A stretch of DNA of 64,000 nt from Azolla caroliniana (taxonomy: Eukaryota > Plantae > Polypodiophyta). Below the pieces are notes generated by a model. That model did no database searches. It was not told the origin of the DNA and was given only the letters and a program-made list of their open reading frames with translations. The stretch is taken from the NCBI GenBank assembly GCA_043228905.1, contig JBHGNT010000022.1:868001-932000 (forward strand), in the 5' to 3' direction. This document shows positions 57,201 through 64,000 of this stretch, piece after piece. Within the stretch, counting starts at the first letter, position 1; each line of letters opens with the position of its first letter. The translations under genes and the position numbers were made by a program.

Positions 57201-59910
57201 GTGGAGACTCGGCTGTGCATTCCCCGCGCAGGAAGCCGAGGAGACGACTTACGGGCAAAGAGAAAGGGAAGAAGAAGGTGTCAGATTATGGCACGGATAG
57301 GAATGAGTCGGATTGACGCGAGTCCGACTCTGAGGGAAGTGACAACGGGTCTTCGAGACCGAAGTCCGCGTCGGCCAAGAAAGCCTCAACTTCGGCTAAT
57401 GAGCAATTACGCCGATCAACCCGCCAAAAGAACCCTATTGAGCAGTTCGGTTACAACGAGTACATGGCGCATCACTATGCATACATGACGCGTGTAGCAG
57501 AAGTGCGTGAGCCAGAGAGCTACGCAGAAGCGGCGAGGGACGCAAATTGGCGTGCCGCAATGGAGGAAGAGATGCGCGCATTGGCGGAGAATGAAACTTG
57601 GGACCTGGTTGACACACCAAAAGGTGTGAAGCCGATCGGATGTAGGTGGGTGTATAAGGTGAAATACAACACCGATGGCTCTGTCAACCGATACAAGGCC
57701 CGGTTAGTAGCGATAGGCTACGCGCAAAAACACGGCATCGACTACGATGAGATGTTTGCGCCGGTCGCGAAGATGACGACCGTTCGTGTTTTGCTCCGGT
57801 CATTGCGGCAAAGGGGTGGCACCTACATTAGATGAATGTAAGGAATGCATTCCTACAAGGTGAGCTTGAGGAACAGGTGTACATGGTACAGACTCCTGGA
57901 TTTCACTTTGGAACGAACACTTTGACGGTGTGTCGATTGAAGAAGTCCCTTTACGGACTAAAGCAAGCCCCATGTGCCTGGAACGCGAAGATCACAGAAC
58001 GATTGCGTCAGATGGGCTTTGCGACGTCAAAATAAGACTCTTCACTGTTCATCCGGAAAGGTTGACTCAGCCTGGTTAGCATTTTACTTTATGTTGATGA
58101 CGTGGTCATCACCGGCGCCGACCTAGGTGAGATTCACCACGTGAAGCTTAGGCTTGCGGCATCATTCGACATGAAGGATCTGGGGGACCTTCATTACTTC
58201 GTCGGGATCGAAGTGATCCGCACCCTCGAAGGTATACTGATCAGCCAACGACACTACGTGCTGAGTATGCTCTTCAAATTCGGGATGGCCGACTGTAAGT
58301 TCGTCTCGACTCCTCTGGATAGAACCGTCAAGCTTCACCCCGGTCAGGGTGATCAGTCAGTTCATGGTGCAACCGACCGAGCAGCACCTTCAGTGCGCAC
58401 AACGCGTACTCTGGTACGTCAGTGGCACTAAGGACCGGGGGCTACTATATCAGACCGATATTACCGTGCAGTTGGTCGGTTACACCGATGCTGATTGGAC
58501 TAGAAACGTCAGTGATCGCCGATCCACGTCTGGTTTCGTGTTCTCTCTTGAGAGTGCCGCGATCACGTGGAGTAGCAAGAAGTAGCCGACAGTTGCGTTG
58601 TGGTGCACCGAAGCCAAGTATAGAGGAGCGGTTGTCGCGACATGTGAAGCCATATGGTTGAAGTGGCTACTTAAGGATCTGTAGGTGGAGGTATCCGATC
58701 CAACGACAATCTACTGCGACAACCACAACAGCATCCAGCTAGCTAAGAACCCCGTCTTCCATGCCCGGACTAAGCACATTGAAGTGCACTACCATTTGGT
58801 CCGTGAGTACATCCTCTCCGGTGAAGTCGAACTTCAGAATGTTCCGATGGATCGGCAGAACGCCGACATCTTCACCAAACCTCTTGGTTTGGACAAGTTA
58901 CGGAAATTCTTGGGTGCGCTTGGGTTGTGTCACCTCGACGTGCCGAACTCGAGGGGGAGAGACGTCCATGATGACCACGGAAGGGAGTAGGAAAGGAGCG
59001 GAAAAGACCATGACGTCGAGTCGGATGACGAATTCGATTTCGGATTGGCTGAAGAAGCCGAGCGCGGATCCGCGGAAGACTCCGAAAGCGGACATAAGGG
59101 GAGCAGCCGAAACCAACCAAGCGTGGGGGAGACAAAGCCATCCAGGGCGAGAAGAACGAAGACGAGTTGGAGACAACCAACTCGGATGAGAGCGAAAACC
59201 GATCGGAGGAAGCCGAGTTGGTTCGGATGTTTGATTCGGATACGGTGAATCAACCAAGCGCCAAGAGGAAGAGAAGTCAGCAAAAGAGGCGTCAACACCG
59301 CAACAACAAGGAAGCTGAGAGGGGCCGTGTGAGCAGACAAGTCTACTGGAAGGGTCGAGGCGTGCGGAATCGAACAGGTTGAGGAGCACGAGTGAGGCGT
59401 GAAGCCAAAAGGAACCGGAGCGCAGATCCCGAAGAGCAGACGGAACCTCACATTGAGCTTGAGGGGGAGTGTTGAGATACATGCTCAACATTGGTCGGAT
59501 TGGTTGTGCAAGCCGAGAACCGGATCGGTTGGGGCCGATCAATTAGGCCGGAATGGTGCATAAAACGGCTGCGTAAACCAGTACACAAACCGGTGTGTAA
59601 CAAGAAACCGTAGCGGTGCATAAACCGCGAGGCCGTTGGAAAGATATTTCGCGTAGGAATATATTTTGGGAGTTAGCATAGAGCTCAGTTATAAGCATTG
59701 AAGTACGTGTCAATACTTTTGTCAGTCCGTATGGACTTAAAAGTGCTCATTGAGCACATTCTATGTACAGATTGAGTATTATTTTGAATTGTTTTTTTCC
59801 GTGTGTTCTCTCGGTGTCTCTCCTCCATACTGTGTATATTCAAGCTCTCCATTAAACCTGCGTATTTTCTGTGTTCGGTTTTCTATTGCTTCCGCACATA
59901 ATCTTTTTCA
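54236..59910 (+). mobile_element. Full-length decayed Ty1/copia element I (different lineage from D/F/G)
   Basis: LTRs 54236-54666 and 59470-59910; TSD ACTCC/ACTTC; PBS TGGTATCAGAGC at 54667-54678; PPT GAGGGGGAG at 59461-59469. Confidence 0.93.
54751..58990 (+). pseudogene. pol: gag-pol of copia I
   Basis: NYATWSYKM, YIDSGASNHM, IHSDVWGP, LRSDG, NGIAERKN, YKARLVA, TDADW, CDN, RTKHIEVHYH; many stops. Confidence 0.93.
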
Positions 59911-59915
59911 ACTTC

Positions 59916-61098
59916 GTTCCGGATGCTACCCGTGTAGCCTTCATCGTCTAGCCGACCAGCTGATATTAGGTTCAGTCGAACCTCCGAAACGTGTCGAACA
60001 TCCTTCACTAGCAGCTTGCATCCGGTTGGTGTTCTCAACCACACGTCTCCTATGCCGACAATTTGGCATGTACCTTCATTCCCCATCCGGACATAGTCGT
60101 GCTCACTAGTTGTGTAAGATGCGAAGCATTTCCGGGCCGGGGTTAGGTGGAACGATGCTCCGGAATCCGAAATCAACAACCCACGTTGTCTCGTCGCCGG
60201 CAAGCTTCAACTCACTCTCCTCGGTGATGAGCATCAACTCTTCTTAACTTGCCGCGATTGTCGTCGTTCCCTTCCGGTCCGGTCCCCTCTGGTCTTTACT
60301 GTTCTGGTCCGGTGATCACTTGGAATTGGTACAATCGGTTTCCTTGTCTTTCTGGAAATGCCGACAGTTCTTTCGGAAGTGTCTTGGCTTGCCGCAATAG
60401 AAGCAAGTAGGCCTCCCCCTTGACTTTGACCGTGTCCCCGACTTTTCCCGGTTCTGGGGACTACGATTCCTTTGTCTTCCTCGTTCCGATTCGGTAAGGA
60501 GCACTTTGGGGTCGGAGATCACCTCTTTGTCTTTCCGACCCGCCTTCTCATCTAGCAAGCTCGACTTCACTCTTGTTAGGGACAACTGTTTTCCTTCCGG
60601 CCCGGCATTGCCCAAAGTGACAACTAACACCTCCCAACTATCTGGGAGGGAACCGAGCAGGAGTAATGCTAGTACCTCATCGGTGAGACGTACTTCTAAC
60701 AATGTTTCTTGGTGAATCAGCCCCTGGAAGGCATTAATGTGCTCCACCATGCTGGAGCCATCTTGGTATCGGAGTCTTACTAGCTTCCGGAATACCGAAA
60801 CCCGATTAACAACATTTTTGTTCTGAAACATAATGTCGATCTTCTCCTAGAGCTCATGAGTCTTTCTCTCTTCATTGAAGTTCTTGTACAGGCTCATGTC
60901 GATGAAGCACCGTATGTACACCGTTGTCTTCATGTGCATCACCTCCCATATCATGACATCGATCTTGTCTGGTTTCTTGTCCCCGAACTGAACCGACAAC
61001 CAAAGATCTTTGACCACGAGCATGTCCCTCATCTTCGACTTCCACACTGAGTAATTGGAGCCGGTGTGCATGAACATGCCGCCAAATGAATCTTCCAT
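59916..61098 (-). pseudogene. gag: Copia D/H gag and protease
   Basis: MEDSFGGMF..NYSVWKSKMRDML, CFYCGKPRHFRKNC, DSGASFH. Confidence 0.9.
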
Positions 61099-61128
61099 TT
61101 TCTGTGTTGTTTTGCTCTGATACCAGTT

Positions 61129-61764
61129 TGAAGAGAATATGTGGAATATTGCTCAGCCACAACCGAGTCTTAGGATCAACCACAGAAAGATGGGAATAGG
61201 AGATAGATAAACGTATACACAAAACACTGAAAAAAAGAGTACACAAAATGTTTTCGTGGAAAAACCCTAAATGGGAAAAAACCACGGGAGTTCACAAACT
61301 CCAACTATCACTATGTAGAGAGGAATACAACAGATAAACACGGAGGCAGCGACCTCGTGCTCACGATCTTTACCTGGCGGCGGTTACTACAGAGACTCAC
61401 TCTGTCTGTCTATCTCTCTCTCTCTCGTTTCTTCTGCTATGCTTTGTACAGTAGTTACACCAATAACTCTATACAAAATAATGACAACACGCTCATACTC
61501 TATTTGCCCTAGGTCATATTTATACCAATATGACTTTTGGGCTATTTACAAATGTAGCCACAATGGGCTAATAGAGACTTATTTACATATATGTTCCTTC
61601 ATCCGGTAAGAGGTTCTCACCGGGCCTGCGTCATCCGGTTCTCACCCTGTCTTCCTTGCCGGGTACTCAAGATCCGATTCTCATCTGGTCTGCGTCATCC
61701 GGTTTTCACCGGGTCTTCCTTGTCGGGTACTCATATCCCATCCGGAGGGACCAAAATGCTAACA
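61129..61764 (-). repeat. 5' LTR of copia D
   Basis: TG..CA, next to PBS. Confidence 0.9.
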
Positions 61765-62257
61765 TGATATATGAAATGTAAATATTGTATTTTACATCAA
61801 TATGGTGATTCACGAATATGTATAAATATATGTGGTAGCCCTTTTTTGAAATTTGGCCATTCTTTTGTAAGTTTCGCGTGTCGATTATTTAAGAATTTTT
61901 GGAAAGCCCTATATATTTGGACATGGTATAAATCAATATGTTTTGATTCAATTTTCGAAAACCTTTACGCATGCGGTACCCCTTTTTGTGAAACGACGTA
62001 GTTTGTGCCTTTTCTTGACGGATAGTTCTTAAAATGCGACATATTACCTGTTTCAAATGACCCGATGTTAAAAACCGAATCGTCCAAGTAAGGCAAAGTT
62101 GAAAAGGGTAGAGTCGAAAAAGAAAGAGTCGAATCAACCAAATCGCCCAAATAGGCTAAGGTACCGAAAAGCGAGCCGAACCGGCCAAGGCACCAATCTC
62201 TCTTTCAATCAATCCAAAAGAAGGGGAGGATAATTTGACATCTTCGAAATCCTATTG

Positions 62258-62353
62258 CAGGGGTGAGTTAGGATAATTTGACATCTATATGTCTCAACCG
62301 GTAGGCTTCAAAGTGACAGGGGAGCAAGGTCACCTCATCTGCAAGTTGAAGAG
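62258..62353 (+). pseudogene. Short copia RT fragment
   Basis: GEL..FDIYMSQPVGFKVTGEQGHLICKLK. Confidence 0.7.
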
Positions 62354-63450
62354 TGTAAAAAGTTAGATATAGAAGCTTATGAACGAATAGACAGTTGGTT
62401 ATCCAGAAACTAAACAGAACAGTTCGTTAACACATAACACAAAATACAAAGGAGAGAGAGAGAGAGACTGAGTGAGAGTAGACAACAATAAATTCTATTA
62501 AAGAACAAAAAAAGCTCCGTACATCACATAGTACTTATGTGCACTTTATATATACAAGCCCATCTCTTTGGGCCGTTAAGAAGTACTGACATGTACTTCA
62601 ATGCTCTTAAAGGAGCATTTGACACTAATTGCCTACGTTGGACCTATTTAATAAAATAGTTCGACTCGGCACATGTTACGTTTTGGACGGTTTCCTTAGC
62701 CGCTCGATCATCTGGTCAAGATCCATCATTCGGATCCAGTATTTGGGTCCGTTAGTCGATCTGGAACCCAGCCCGGAGCTTAGGCTTATCAGCCTAACTG
62801 GGCCTAGTCAACCGGATGGATTCCGGTCTGGCCTACGTGCTTGTCCAACCGGTCCGGCCCATGTTGAGCTTGCTCGCTCAACACTTCCCCTCAAGCTCAA
62901 CTTGAGGTCGGTCCATCATGTTAGATGTAGCCGGTCCTTGCTTCCGAGTCTTCCTAGCATCCTCTTTTCTAGCTCGAGCTCCATGTCTAATATGGTTCTG
63001 TGTCCCCTGACCCTTTAGGTTCAACGTATCTTGACTTGTTTGATTCCGCACACATCGACCCTTACGGTTGGATTGTCCACTCATCATGCCCTTCTCAACT
63101 CCCTCGTTTTCATGGCATTGGGACCCTTTGACCCGTCTGCTCCTTCATTTCGGTGTCGGCTTCCACTACCCTCTCGTCTACCTGGCCTTCATGTGATTCG
63201 ACTCTCCCAAATCAAACTCCTCGACCAAATCGGTTGTCTCTGATTCGTCTTGTGTCTTGTCTGAATCAACTGTCTCCGATTCACCTTCCTTTTGGCCTTT
63301 GACCACATCTACCCATGTCTTGTTCCTGGTCTTCTTCATCCGGTGGTCTTTGTCCATCTTGACTTTGTCGCTTCTTCCGCCTGTTTTGGACATTTCAACA
63401 TCTTTAGTCGATTCGGCCTCTTCTCCGGCTAGTGTCTTGCCTTCGTTCTC
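62354..63450 (-). mobile_element. 3' LTR (62354-62883), PPT and 3' spacer of a copia related to element I
   Basis: TG..CA; junction GAGCTTGAGGGGAAG-TGTTGAG resembles element I junction GAGCTTGAGGGGGAG-TGTTGAG. Confidence 0.75.
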
Positions 63451-63653
63451 CTTGTAAGGATTATAACTTCCAAGGACAGAGATGAAGAGGTAAGAGATTA
63501 CAAACTAAATATTGGAATTAACATATAAACTTGTACATGTATTCTTTGATGAACTCGCCCACAAATATGTGGTATTGTAGTGATTTAAATACATCTAAAA
63601 TGTGAGGGTTGTAGTTGTAATAGTCACTCCTATTTTTAGATAATGCTTCCTAA

Positions 63654-64000
63654 CTAATTATTGGTGATCTTGACACATGACTGATTGTCACACCATAACC
63701 TAAATTTGGAAATTTGTAAAATATCTAATTCTTGGATTATCGATTGAAGCCAAAGACCTTCTTTAACTATAAGCGTGGCTGCGATATATACAGCTTCAGT
63801 AGAGGAGAGGGCAACAACAACTTGCTTTTTCGTACGCCATGCAATTGCTCCTCCTGCAAAAGTAAACAAAAAACTTGATGTGGAGTGAGAAGAATCAACA
63901 TCTCCTCCCCAATCTGCATCAATCCATCCTTGTAGTGGTGTTGACAACCATACTTGTATTTTGGAGTTGTCTGCCCCAAAGTATGCCTTATAAATGAGTA
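63654..64000 (-). pseudogene. pol: Copia RNase H fragment running off the window end
   Basis: GWIDADWGGD..AIAWRTKKQ..SSTEAVYIAA..CDNQSC. Confidence 0.88.

Larger units (their letters stand above)
47051..61764 (-). mobile_element. Composite Tnt1/Tork-like copia D/H with three LTRs and nested inserts
   Basis: Truncated LTR 47051-47478 matches LTR 61129-61764; extra related LTR at 50404-51037; PBS at 61114-61125. Confidence 0.85.
44410..62069. mobile_element. Second, diverged and deleted member of the Sola1-like MTase-carrying transposon family; left TIR not found
   Basis: Divergent MTase and transposase remnants at 44410-47050; AT-rich tail after the copia LTR resembles the right subterminus of copy 1 and ends in a 36-bp ATGCG...TGTT motif. 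Confidence 0.65.

Noticed and set aside
62227-62286. 17-bp direct repeat AGGATAATTTGACATCT
   Set aside because: Small local duplication in a decayed copia fragment, with no element between the copies.
1-64000. Conventional host genes or rRNA
   Set aside because: All recognisable coding sequence belongs to transposable elements or their cargo.

Overview
Eukaryotic, gene-free, deeply nested transposon landscape, most consistent with heterochromatin of a non-seed land plant (inference from Tcn1-like chromoviruses, Tnt1/Tork-like copia elements and a plant-type L1 LINE). Nesting resolved from TSDs and interrupted reading frames: chromovirus C (minus; 14590-17267 + 43294-43709) carries chromovirus A in its LTR. 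A carries chromovirus B in its LTR (TSD ATAAA), and B carries a LINE in its LTR (CT)n tract. The key object is a TIR DNA transposon at 17268-43293 inserted in the RT of C: 36-bp TIRs (34/36 identical), imperfect 4-bp TSD CAAG/GAAG, about 10.2 kb once nested copia F/G and chromovirus E are removed. It encodes a Sola1-like DDD transposase with a Tudor/SH3-like C-terminal extension. Divergently, it carries an intron-containing cargo gene fusing a ParB/Srx-like domain to a bacterial-type beta-class N6/N4 DNA methyltransferase, with a 5 x 51-bp palindrome array near that gene's 5' end. A second, strongly diverged and deleted copy with the same architecture lies at about 44410-62069. Both copies are pseudogenised. 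The chromovirus LTRs also carry antisense tRNA-like cassettes and heat-shock-element arrays. All family and domain calls are from motif recognition by eye; no database search was run, and coordinates of decayed features are approximate.
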